The position numbers and the translations under genes are program-made. This document shows, piece after piece, positions 49,216 through 58,095 of a stretch of 64,000 nucleotides of DNA; the stretch's first letter is position 1, and every line of letters begins with the position of its first letter. The notes below the pieces were generated by a model that saw only the letters and a program-made list of their open reading frames with translations, was not told where the DNA came from and made no database searches. This stretch comes from Coriobacteriia bacterium (GTDB lineage: Bacteria > Actinomycetota > Coriobacteriia > Anaerosomatales > SLCP01): the NCBI GenBank assembly GCA_007121015.1, contig SKMN01000004.1, forward strand, positions 16,507-80,506, given 5' to 3'.

Positions 49216-49989
49216 CTACTTCACCGCGACGTGGATCGCGACCACGCCGCCGGTGCGGTCCTCCCAGCTGATCGCCGAGAAACCGGTCTGGCGGAGCTCG
49301 GCCGCAAGCGCCCCCTGGTCGGGGAAGGAGCGGATCGAGTCGTTGAGGTAGACGAACGACCCACGGTCCCGTGTGAGCAGACCGCCGATCGCCGGGATGA
49401 CGAAACGCAGGTAGGCGTGGTAGAGCCACCGCCACGGCGCGAAGCCCGGACGCGAGAACTCGAGTACGACGTAGCGACCACCGGGCTTGAGGACGCGATA
49501 GACCTCGGCGAAGTTAGCCCGGCGGTCGGGCAGATTGCGTACGCCGAACGCCACGGTGACCACGTCGAAGCTCGCGTCCGGGAACGGGAGGTCCTGCGCA
49601 TCGGCGACCTCGAAGGCGAGCGTGGTACGCCCCTTGTACGCGCGCGCCTTGCGCGTCGCGATCTCGAGCATCTCGGGGACGAAATCGGTCCCCACGACGG
49701 CGGCAGGCCTACCGAGCCGGGCGAGTGCGAGCGAGAGATCGCCGGTGCCGGCGCAAAGATCGAGGACACGGCTCGTCCGCGTGAGGCGGGCCGCAGCGAC
49801 GGCATCGCGACGCCACAGGCGGTCGATGCCGAAGCTCGACAGCGCGTTGAACACGTCGTAGCGCCGCGCGATGAGCGAGAAGATACCGCGTACGCGCTCG
49901 GAAGTGGGCTCGCCCGGCGCCGGCGTGGGTGCAGGCGAGGGCGCCTCCGCGGGCTTGGACACGGGGGCGGGTCCTATAGGGTCGGGCAT
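49216..49989 (-). CDS. menG: UbiE/MenG demethylmenaquinone methyltransferase
   Basis: YDVFN..SFGIDRLWR, LDLCAGTGD, AFGVRN and YLNDSI motifs. Confidence 0.92.
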   Translation of the reverse strand: MPDPIGPAPVSKPAEAPSPAPTPAPGEPTSERVRGIFSLIARRYDVFNALSSFGIDRLWRRDAVAAARLTRTSRVLDLCAGTGDLSLALARLGRPAAVVGTDFVPEMLEIATRKARAYKGRTTLAFEVADAQDLPFPDASFDVVTVAFGVRNLPDRRANFAEVYRVLKPGGRYVVLEFSRPGFAPWRWLYHAYLRFVIPAIGGLLTRDRGSFVYLNDSIRSFPDQGALAAELRQTGFSAISWEDRTGGVVAIHVAVK

Positions 49990-51776
49990 CAGGCCTCCGA
50001 GGTCTCGCACACGGGATGCGACGCGGGCACGGGGCGTCTCGACCCGAACAGGGTAGCGAGATTCTCGGTGAGCCACAACATCCCCACGTGCCAAAAGTGG
50101 CGGAAGCTCACGTAGCGTGGCCAGTTGAGCTCGGACTTCTCGCAGACCGTGGACTCGGAGAGCCGGTCGACCTCGGCCTTGAGCGCCCCGAGCTTCTTCT
50201 CCCGCACCGCGGGATCAGGGAGCCGGCGGATCGCGTCGACGCGCTTCATCGCCACACGTGCCGCGGCGACGCGCTCGGCGGTCCTCGCGGCCACCTCTGG
50301 TTCGATGATGCCGATGCGGCCCTTGAGTTCGTTGAGCGCGAGGCCGACGTCGTACGTGGCGTCGACCATCTCGTCAGGGCCCATCGCGTGACTCTCGTAG
50401 TTCATGATGTGCTTCCACGAGGGCTCGATGAGCAGCTGGCGGTGTTCTTCAAGGGTCGTAGCGCGCAGGGTATAGCCGTACTTCTCGGGGTTGTCGAACG
50501 CCATGGAACCCGGGTCGAGGAAGGGAGCCATCGGCGAAGAGAACGCGAGGAGCCGAGAATCGTTGTCGACCTTGGCGTAGAGCGACTCGATGTAGGCGGG
50601 CGTCTCGCGTACGGACTCTGCCGTCTGCGTGGGGATACCGGTCATGAAGTAGAGGTCGAAGCGCGAGCACCCGTTGCGTAGCGCCGCAGCGATCGACTCC
50701 TCGACCTGCTCCATCGTGTAGTGGTGCTTGCCAAAGGCGGCACGGACCGTATCGTCGTGACTCTCGACGCTGATCTCGACGCTGTAGTCGCGCAGGTGCT
50801 CGTTCAAGAAACGGTAGAAGTCCTCGGCCGGTGGCTTGAAGAACTCGAAACCGATGGGATTCCGCAGGTTTATCTTGGAAAGCCCGCGGATGAACGCGGC
50901 GGTGTAGTCGCGTCCGGCCTGGAGGAAGTCGTTCAAGACGAAGATGGGGCCCGGGATGTACTTCTGGATATGCTCGATATCTCGCACGAGCAGCTCGGGG
51001 TCGCGGAACGCCACCTTGCGCCGCCCGAAGTGCTCGCGGAACGAGTACGCGCTCCCGCCGCACGTCGCGCAGTTGTGCGTGCAGCCCCGGCAGGTGAGCG
51101 AGGCGCACACCGGGTACTGGAGCCAGTCCTTGAACGGCACGAAGCCCATCATGTCGCGGTAACGGATGACCGCCTTCATGTTGAACGAGTAGTCGAGCGA
51201 GATGTCGTTCATGTCCTCAGGCACCCACTCGAGCGGGTTGACCACGAGCGAGCCGTCACGCGTCGTGTACGTGAGGTTGGGGATGTCGTCGACCCTGCCC
51301 TTACCTTTGATCGCGTACAGGAGGCGCGTCATAGGCTCCTCCGCCGAGTCGCCGCAGACGACGTAGTCGACGCACGGGTAGCTCGCGAGTTCCTCGTGGA
51401 AGTACGTCGACGACAGGCCGCCGAAGATCACCGGCGTATCGGGGTGGTACTTCTTGACGAGCTTCGCGACCTCGATCGACCCGTGGGCGTGCGGGAGCCA
51501 GTGAAGGTCGATGCCGAACGCGACCGGGTCCATCTCGCGGATCGCGCGCTCGACGTCGAAATCGGGGCGGTTCAGCATCAGGACCGCGAGGTTGACGATG
51601 CGCACCTGGAGGCCGTGGCGCTCCATGTACTCGGCCATCGTGGTGAAGCCGAGGGGGTACATCTCGAAGACGGGCGTCGAGGGGACCATGTCGGACACGG
51701 GGCCGAACATGATGGACCGCTCGCGGAAGTCGTACACGCTCGGGGCGTGCAGCAGCACCAGGTCGACTCGCGACAT
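49989..51776 (-). CDS. B12-binding domain/radical SAM protein (TIGR04190-like)
   Basis: LLHAPSVYDFR, IDLHWLPH, GGLSST, RGCTHNCATC and PFLDPGS motifs. Confidence 0.88.
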   Translation of the reverse strand: MSRVDLVLLHAPSVYDFRERSIMFGPVSDMVPSTPVFEMYPLGFTTMAEYMERHGLQVRIVNLAVLMLNRPDFDVERAIREMDPVAFGIDLHWLPHAHGSIEVAKLVKKYHPDTPVIFGGLSSTYFHEELASYPCVDYVVCGDSAEEPMTRLLYAIKGKGRVDDIPNLTYTTRDGSLVVNPLEWVPEDMNDISLDYSFNMKAVIRYRDMMGFVPFKDWLQYPVCASLTCRGCTHNCATCGGSAYSFREHFGRRKVAFRDPELLVRDIEHIQKYIPGPIFVLNDFLQAGRDYTAAFIRGLSKINLRNPIGFEFFKPPAEDFYRFLNEHLRDYSVEISVESHDDTVRAAFGKHHYTMEQVEESIAAALRNGCSRFDLYFMTGIPTQTAESVRETPAYIESLYAKVDNDSRLLAFSSPMAPFLDPGSMAFDNPEKYGYTLRATTLEEHRQLLIEPSWKHIMNYESHAMGPDEMVDATYDVGLALNELKGRIGIIEPEVAARTAERVAAARVAMKRVDAIRRLPDPAVREKKLGALKAEVDRLSESTVCEKSELNWPRYVSFRHFWHVGMLWLTENLATLFGSRRPVPASHPVCETSEA

Positions 51777-51978
51777 AGAAAGCCAGGCCTTTCTGTAGTG
51801 GTATGCGCGCGGCCCCGGCAAAGATTCGCCACCGGCATGGCTCATCGGACCGCGAGAGAACACGCGAAGTGTAGCACGCGGCGTGCCGGAATACGTGCGT
51901 CGTACACAGGATTGTTCGCGGTGAACGAGCGGATTCCTGCCGCCGCACGGGGCTCGCCGCACCCGCGCCCCGCTCACA

Positions 51979-52686
51979 TCAGATTGCTGTGTCTCCCGGC
52001 GCGGGTGTGGCGACCACCTCGGCCGGACGGGTCTCGCGTCGCTCCCTCTCCGTGAGGTGGTACCGGCACGCCAGCGACTTGATGTCGCACTGCATACGCA
52101 TGTGCCGCACGACCATCCCTTCGGGCTTCAGGTATTGAACGGCTGGCGTGAGCAGAAGGACACCGCCGACGCCGACTCCACCGAGCAAGCCGAGCACCCG
52201 GTCGACGAGAGGCCGGGAGCACGCCACGAGTGCGACGTGCGCGCCGAGTGCGCGGTCGATATGCGGTATCTCGTCGATATGCCGGACCTCGACACCGCTC
52301 ACGACCATACCGACGTCGCCCGGAAGCTCCGAGTAGTAAGCGACCGGCTTGAGCCCGTAGGACTCCTCGGGGAAGACGAACTCGAGGGCGCGGAGCATGT
52401 CGACCGTGCCCACACGGATGACAGGGTACTCGTCGCACAGTCCGAGAAAGCGCTTGAGCTTCTCGAAGAGCTCGCCCACGTCGTACCCGGCGCCGGGTCG
52501 CCCCGCCCCACCCATGAACGAGATGTCGCGGCGCACCGACTCTTGCTTGATGCCGAGTTCCTCGGCGAGCTGGGCCGAGGTGATACGTGACGCCGAGTCG
52601 CCGCGGCGCAGGATCTCTCCCACGTAGCAGTGGTACAGCGACAGCCGGTAGATGGTCTCGTCCGGGATGCGCCCCTGAGTCTTCAC
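51979..52686 (-). CDS. atypical Rex-like transcriptional regulator (paralog 1)
   Basis: Rex-type wHTH (YRLSLY, TS..LA, VRRDIS..G..G.GY); no GxGxxG; CDIKSLAC. Confidence 0.85.
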   Translation of the reverse strand: MKTQGRIPDETIYRLSLYHCYVGEILRRGDSASRITSAQLAEELGIKQESVRRDISFMGGAGRPGAGYDVGELFEKLKRFLGLCDEYPVIRVGTVDMLRALEFVFPEESYGLKPVAYYSELPGDVGMVVSGVEVRHIDEIPHIDRALGAHVALVACSRPLVDRVLGLLGGVGVGGVLLLTPAVQYLKPEGMVVRHMRMQCDIKSLACRYHLTERERRETRPAEVVATPAPGDTAI

Positions 52687-52705
52687 CCCTGACCCTCTCC
52701 CTGCG

Positions 52706-53353
52706 TCATCGGTCGGTCGGGAACCGGCACCCGCACGCAAGCGACTTGATATCGCACGGCATGCGGACATGGCGCACGTTCATGCCCGGCGGCCTCCCGA
52801 GCTTGATCTTCGGCGTGAGCAGGAGGACTCCCGACACCCCCGCTTGGTCGAGCATGTCGAGCACGGGGTCGATCCACGGCTGAGAGCACGCGACGAGCGC
52901 GACTTGGACTTCCAGGGCCGGATCGAGGTCGGGTATCTCGCTTACGTGACGCACCTCGACATCTCCCACGAATGTGCCTGCCTCTTCATCGACTTCCGAG
53001 AAATACGCGGCGTGCGTGATGCCGAAGTGGTTCTCCGGGAACAGCGCCTGCAGCGTGGTAAGCGTCTGCACCGTACCCACTCGTACGATCGGGTACTCCT
53101 CACGCAGGCCGAGGAAGGCCTCGAGCGCCACGAACAGATCCTCGCGGACGTATCCGGTCCCCGGTCGGCCCTTGCACTCTACGTAGGTCAGGTCGCGCCG
53201 TACCGTCTCTTCGGACAGGTCGAGTTCCTCGGCAAGGGTGCGGGAGGTCAGGTACATCTCGATGTCGCCTCGACGCTGCGCGTCCGCCAGGAAGCAGTGA
53301 TACAGGGACAAGCGATATACCGTCGCGTCGGGTGGCCGGCCGTTGTTGCCCAC
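52706..53353 (-). CDS. atypical Rex-like transcriptional regulator (paralog 2)
   Basis: Same architecture as paralog 1; ends MPCDIKSLACGC; GAGGAG RBS before GTG at 53353. Confidence 0.85.
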   Translation of the reverse strand: MGNNGRPPDATVYRLSLYHCFLADAQRRGDIEMYLTSRTLAEELDLSEETVRRDLTYVECKGRPGTGYVREDLFVALEAFLGLREEYPIVRVGTVQTLTTLQALFPENHFGITHAAYFSEVDEEAGTFVGDVEVRHVSEIPDLDPALEVQVALVACSQPWIDPVLDMLDQAGVSGVLLLTPKIKLGRPPGMNVRHVRMPCDIKSLACGCRFPTDR

Positions 53354-53491
53354 GGTGTCGCTCCTCATCTCCACCTCACCGCATCCGGGGTGCGCGGGGC
53401 GGAACCATCAGTTCCCGAAGATAGTGAAAGAATAAACATATCCGGGAAAAGATGCCACCCCTTCGCCCTGCCCGCTGTCGAGGTCGAGAGG

Positions 53492-54142
53492 CTAGACGGC
53501 AGCGACCGGGATCTTGCAGCCGCACGCGAGCGACTTGATGTCGCACGGCATCCGAACGTGTCGAACGTTCATGCCCTCGGGACGGTCGAGTTTGACCTTG
53601 GGGGTGAGGAGCAGCACGCCGTTGATCCCGGCTTCGCTAAGCATCTCGAGCACCGGATCGATCCACGGCTGGGAGCACGCGACGAGAGCAACGCGGACGT
53701 CGAGGTCCTTGTCGTGCTGCGGGATCTCGGTCACGTGCCTGACCTCGAGTTCCCCGATCACCGTACCGACGTCCTCCGGCTGCTCGGAGAAGTACGCCAC
53801 CGGCCGGACGCCGTAGGCGTCAGGCGGGAACACGACCTCGAGCGCGCGCAGCATCTGGGCGCTCCCGACACGCACGATCGGGTACTCGTCGTACAGGCCG
53901 AGGAACTCGCTGAGCGCCTCGAACAACGTGCCCATGCTGTAACCGACGCCGCGACGTCCCACGCCACCGATGTAGGAAAGATCGCGCCGCACCGTTTCCT
54001 CGCGGATGTCGAGTTCGTCTGCGAGCACACGGGATGTGACGTTCTTCTCATCCTCGCCGGCGCGAATCATCTCGCCGATGTAGCAATGGTAGAGGGACAG
54101 GCGGTAGACCGTCGCCTGCGGGATATAGTCGAAATCTGCCAC
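53492..54142 (-). CDS. atypical Rex-like transcriptional regulator (paralog 3)
   Basis: Same architecture as paralog 1; ends MPCDIKSLACGC. Confidence 0.85.
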   Translation of the reverse strand: MADFDYIPQATVYRLSLYHCYIGEMIRAGEDEKNVTSRVLADELDIREETVRRDLSYIGGVGRRGVGYSMGTLFEALSEFLGLYDEYPIVRVGSAQMLRALEVVFPPDAYGVRPVAYFSEQPEDVGTVIGELEVRHVTEIPQHDKDLDVRVALVACSQPWIDPVLEMLSEAGINGVLLLTPKVKLDRPEGMNVRHVRMPCDIKSLACGCKIPVAAV

Positions 54143-54201
54143 TTTGAACTACCTTCATGCCGGTTGCAGTCATGCCGGTTTAAGGCACTTTAATGCTCCA
54201 G

Positions 54202-54230
54202 AGTATATACCCGAACTGAGTGCAAGGCAA
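54202..54230 (-). promoter_or_regulatory. sigma-A type promoter for the Rex-like triplet
   Basis: TTGCCT-N17-TATACT. Confidence 0.6.
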
Positions 54231-54313
54231 CTAGTGAAATCTCGGTCATGCGCAACGATACTCGTTCACAGTCCCTCATACGGCGTGCGCACGGTGTCAA
54301 ACGGCGCATGCGG

Positions 54314-55498
54314 TTACTGCGAGACCGAGCCGCGGACGTGGCACTCGGCGCAGTACGTCGGCGCGTGACAATTGAAGCAAGCCTGGGCACCGGTCACGCG
54401 AACCGGGTCCATGTGTTGCGGCAGCCAGGGCCGTGTCGGATCGGCTCCTTGGTGATGGCAGTCGTTGCAGAAGTCGGTCCCCGGAGCCGCGGCGTGACAT
54501 GGTTCGCAGACCTCCGGCCGCGACCTGCCGTCCTCTCCGTGGTCCTGCTCGAAGTTGGTCGGATGAGGCATCTGGATGCCGTGACAGTCGGTACAGAAGA
54601 TCTCCTCGTTGTGGCACGTCGCGCAGTATCCGACCGCCGAGACCGGAACGAGGCCGAGGTCGTATGCATCGTCACTCACCGGCTCGGCCTCAGGGACATC
54701 ACCTACGGCAAGTGTCTCCTCGAGGCTTCTCCGCTCGAGATCCTCCATCGCAAGTTCAGCGTGTAGACTCGAATCGCCGAACGGCTCGTAGAACCCGTCC
54801 TGGAAGTGGTTCGCCGGCATGAACTCGAAGTCGTCAGGGTGGCATGCGTCACACGCGCCCGGAGCCATGATCCCGCTCGGCGACTCGTCGGTGAGCGTGT
54901 GGCAGCGGAAGCACGCGGTCATCTCCATGAAGTCATCGTGAGGCTGGTTGGGCTCGCCGGTCTGCGGATCGATGAGTGTCAGCTCGAAGTCTTCACGGTG
55001 GGCGACGCGGTTGTGGCAGATGGTGCAGTGGATGTCGGCCTCCGAGTGCACAGCGTGGTCGATGATGATGCCGGGACTCGGCGTCACGGTGCGCCTCTCG
55101 AGGTCGTGGCATTGCGTGCACTGGCTCTCAGGGAAGTACTTGGCGCTGAGTGCCACGTGGGAGTCAGGGTTGAGCGGCAGACTGTACGTGTTGGTCGCGG
55201 TGAGGTACAACTCGCCGAGCGCTTCGGCCTTGTGCAGCATGAAGTAGATCGGACCTGCGTTCGCCTTCATGTGGCACGACATGCATTGAAGTTCGGAGTG
55301 CGAAGAGCGGTTGAATGCGATGATCGTGTCGTCCTGGACCTTGTGGCACCCCTCGGCGCAGAACCAGTTGGTCGATGTCACGCCGAGAGCGACGATCACG
55401 AGAGCAGCGAGGGAGAGTACCACAGCCCCGCTCCAGATGATGTAGCGCGGCCTGCGCGCCGGATCTTTGAACCCCGTGATTATCTGCAGCCTACGCAT
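54314..55498 (-). CDS. membrane-anchored multiheme c-type cytochrome with NapC/NirT-like N-terminus (about 12 hemes)
   Basis: N-terminal TM; 11 CxxCH plus 1 CxxxCH (CAEGCH). Confidence 0.92.
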   Translation of the reverse strand: MRRLQIITGFKDPARRPRYIIWSGAVVLSLAALVIVALGVTSTNWFCAEGCHKVQDDTIIAFNRSSHSELQCMSCHMKANAGPIYFMLHKAEALGELYLTATNTYSLPLNPDSHVALSAKYFPESQCTQCHDLERRTVTPSPGIIIDHAVHSEADIHCTICHNRVAHREDFELTLIDPQTGEPNQPHDDFMEMTACFRCHTLTDESPSGIMAPGACDACHPDDFEFMPANHFQDGFYEPFGDSSLHAELAMEDLERRSLEETLAVGDVPEAEPVSDDAYDLGLVPVSAVGYCATCHNEEIFCTDCHGIQMPHPTNFEQDHGEDGRSRPEVCEPCHAAAPGTDFCNDCHHQGADPTRPWLPQHMDPVRVTGAQACFNCHAPTYCAECHVRGSVSQ

Positions 55499-55608
55499 GG
55501 ATCTGGATCGCGCCTCTCTCTACCCCATTCTAACGGAACGGCCGAACCCGGCCGTCACTCGATGCAGTATAGCGTAAAAGCGAAACCGAGAGCGCGCTAG
55601 CGCTAGCG

Positions 55609-56757
55609 CTACTCCTCCCAGTGATGACAGTTCAGGCACAGGGCGTCCGTGTATGCTGCAGACGTGCCAGGCGGCACGATAAGGAGCCGCTGCGCGTTGC
55701 TCTCGTGAGGGAATACCTGGAAGCGCGGGTTGTCGGTACTCGGGCCTTCCGGGTCGTCGTCGTCAGGCCTGCCGTCGGGTTCCGTGATCTTGAACTCCTG
55801 CGTCGCATCGCGCACGTCCTCGTGGCACTGCTGACACAGCGGACCGGGCGACTCCTGCTGGAGCGGCGTGCGCGTCGTCTCTCCGTTGACAGTGATCTCA
55901 GGCATGCGATAGCCGAGGTTCGACTGTCCGAGAGGACCGAGCGTGGTCTCTGTGGAATCGAGGGACGTCAGGACCGGCAGACGGTTGTAGTAGAAGTGAT
56001 CGTCCTGCTGCACCGGGTGGTTGTGCGTCCCGGAACCGTTCGCCCTGCCCTGGTGGCACGTGGCGCACCAGCCGGTGCCGTACACGGTCACCGACGTGTC
56101 GGCACCCGTGGGGGCGCGGCGCAGGAGTCTGCTGCTCGCAGTCGCGTACTCCGTCGCGACCTCGCTCGAGTCCGAACTGATGTAGCGGTCGCTCCGGTAG
56201 CGGTCGCCGAGGAACGGCTCGACCATGCGGCCCTCGATACCGTGTGGCGAGTGACAATCGGTACACGTGAGCGTCCCGCCCGGACCCGAGAAGGGCTGCG
56301 CACGCGGCCCGCCGGTCTCCGGGTCGCCGCCGGGGATGATGTTGGTCGTCTCGATGCGGTGCGCTGAGAGCGGCTCCTCACCGGTCCGCGCCTTGATGAC
56401 ACCATAGACGCCGTTGCCGCCCGTGCCGTCATGACATGACTCGCACACCGACTTGATGGTGGGACCGGGAAGCAACATGAAATACGCTGGCGCCGCATGC
56501 ACCGAGTGGCAGGCTCCGCATTTCGTGGTGCTCGAGCTGTACCCGCCATGGGGGCCCGAGCGTGTCTTCTGCTCGGGATCCTCGGGATCGACGATCCCGT
56601 GGCAGTCTATGCAATCCCGACCCGGCTCGAGGTGGTCGAGACCCGACTCGGCGTCGAGGTCCTCGTACACGAGCTCGTCGTACGCGAACGCGGAAGTCGC
56701 GCCCGCGAACATGAGGGCAGCAGCGATGATGATACCGATGATCAACGGACGTCCCAC
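55609..56757 (-). CDS. exported heptaheme c-type cytochrome
   Basis: Signal peptide ending AFA; CIDCH, CGACH, CESCH, CTDCH, CATCH, CQQCH and CLNCH. Confidence 0.92.
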   Translation of the reverse strand: MGRPLIIGIIIAAALMFAGATSAFAYDELVYEDLDAESGLDHLEPGRDCIDCHGIVDPEDPEQKTRSGPHGGYSSSTTKCGACHSVHAAPAYFMLLPGPTIKSVCESCHDGTGGNGVYGVIKARTGEEPLSAHRIETTNIIPGGDPETGGPRAQPFSGPGGTLTCTDCHSPHGIEGRMVEPFLGDRYRSDRYISSDSSEVATEYATASSRLLRRAPTGADTSVTVYGTGWCATCHQGRANGSGTHNHPVQQDDHFYYNRLPVLTSLDSTETTLGPLGQSNLGYRMPEITVNGETTRTPLQQESPGPLCQQCHEDVRDATQEFKITEPDGRPDDDDPEGPSTDNPRFQVFPHESNAQRLLIVPPGTSAAYTDALCLNCHHWEE

Positions 56758-56806
56758 GGCCTTCCGGCTCCAATCCCACGAGCACCAGCGCCCCCACGCT
56801 GACCCT

Positions 56807-56916
56807 ATCGTACAAGGTCAGAGCGGGTAATAGCAAACTTTGGTCTCGTGAAAACATCCACGATAGTCGTTGCTATGTAGTATGCAATCTACATGCCATA
56901 GTGATACACATCACTT
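56807..56916 (-). promoter_or_regulatory. cytochrome promoter with three palindromic operator candidates
   Basis: TTGCTA-N18-TACGAT; TCGTGAA-N4-TCCACGA (56846-56863), ATGTAG-N8-CTACAT (56875-56894), AGTGAT-N4-ATCACT (56900-56915). Confidence 0.6.
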
Positions 56917-58095
56917 GACCAGGCGAAGCAGTTGTGCCCGGTTGTTCTCTTTGTCCGCCACGATCACGAGATCTCCTGCCGCGCCGATACCGTTCGGCAG
57001 GTTGAGCTGGCCCGGAGAGGCCCCCCGCTGCCCGAACCGGCCGAGCACCTGTCCCTCGTCGCTGAGGAGCACGATCTCGTACTCGAAGGAGTCGACCACC
57101 GCGATCGTCCCGTCGTCGAGTACCGCGACGCCACGAGGCAGACCGAACACGGCTTCGCTGTCGTCCCGCTGCTCTCCGGTGATACCGGATACGTGAACGC
57201 CTCGACCGACCGCCCACTTGAGCTGGCCTTCGGGGGAGAATGCCTGGATACGGGCGTTGTTGGAATCGGCCACGATGACAGTGCCGTCAGGAGCGACCGC
57301 GATGCCGTTGGGGCGGTCGAACGCGCCCGGCTCTACACCCGGCCTCCCGAACTGCCGCACGAACTCGCCGCGAGTCGTGAACACGACGACTTGGTACGAG
57401 TCGGCAGCGTAGACGTGGTCCCCGGCGACGGCCACATCCGTGACAGCGATGCCGGTACCGTCCTGACCCGAACCTCCCTGCCCCACGCGCTTGGTGGGAT
57501 CCGGGAAACGCCTCAGGAACTCCCCTTCCGCGTCGAAGACCTGGATCTGGTCGTTGCGGAAATCAGCGACATACACGTCTCCCCTGTCGTCGACATCGAT
57601 GCCAAGGGGGAAGTTGAGGAGACCCCCTTCCCACGTGGCGTCGAAGCCCGGTAGCGGCTTTGCGATGCCGAACCCGCCGAACTCGAAGAGGAACCGGCCG
57701 CGGCGCGTAAACACCGCGATACGGTTGTGGTCGGAGTCCACGACGTAGATCCGGTCGTTGGACCCGATGGCCGCGTCCATCGGACGACGGAACGTCGGCT
57801 CGCTCCCCCTGCCGGGCCCCTCGATGGTCAACACCGGCTCCAGGCCGGCGACGGCCGCCCCGCCCTGCGTGACCAGACCGCGAGGCGACAGCAGCAGGAA
57901 CAGCACGAGGAGCAGGATGATCAGGAGGACGGCAAGGGCCACCGCGAGGAGCCCGAAGCCTTGCCGCGCCGTCATCACGTGTTGGGCCTCCTCTGCCGAG
58001 GGGCTCACGACGTCGTCTTCTGCAACGATCCTCGTGGTCACAGGCGCGTCTGCATCTGTGTCATGCGCGGGCCTGACCCGCTCGTTTCCATTCAC
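56911..58095 (-). CDS. membrane-anchored NHL-repeat beta-propeller protein
   Basis: TM segment; repeated F..P.GIAV...YVAD..N.RIQVF. Confidence 0.92.
   Translation of the reverse strand: MNGNERVRPAHDTDADAPVTTRIVAEDDVVSPSAEEAQHVMTARQGFGLLAVALAVLLIILLLVLFLLLSPRGLVTQGGAAVAGLEPVLTIEGPGRGSEPTFRRPMDAAIGSNDRIYVVDSDHNRIAVFTRRGRFLFEFGGFGIAKPLPGFDATWEGGLLNFPLGIDVDDRGDVYVADFRNDQIQVFDAEGEFLRRFPDPTKRVGQGGSGQDGTGIAVTDVAVAGDHVYAADSYQVVVFTTRGEFVRQFGRPGVEPGAFDRPNGIAVAPDGTVIVADSNNARIQAFSPEGQLKWAVGRGVHVSGITGEQRDDSEAVFGLPRGVAVLDDGTIAVVDSFEYEIVLLSDEGQVLGRFGQRGASPGQLNLPNGIGAAGDLVIVADKENNRAQLLRLVK

Noticed and set aside
52686-53492. Selenocysteine or pyrrolysine read-through fusing the Rex-like paralogs
   Set aside because: Each paralog is complete with its own RBS and start, paralogs 1 and 2 are in different frames, and the paralog 3 TAG is followed by a non-coding AT-rich spacer
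55591-55611. AGCGCGCTAGCGCTAGCGCTA short tandem/palindromic repeat
   Set aside because: Too short, overlaps a stop codon and occurs once; no CRISPR or REP-like array seen here or elsewhere in the window
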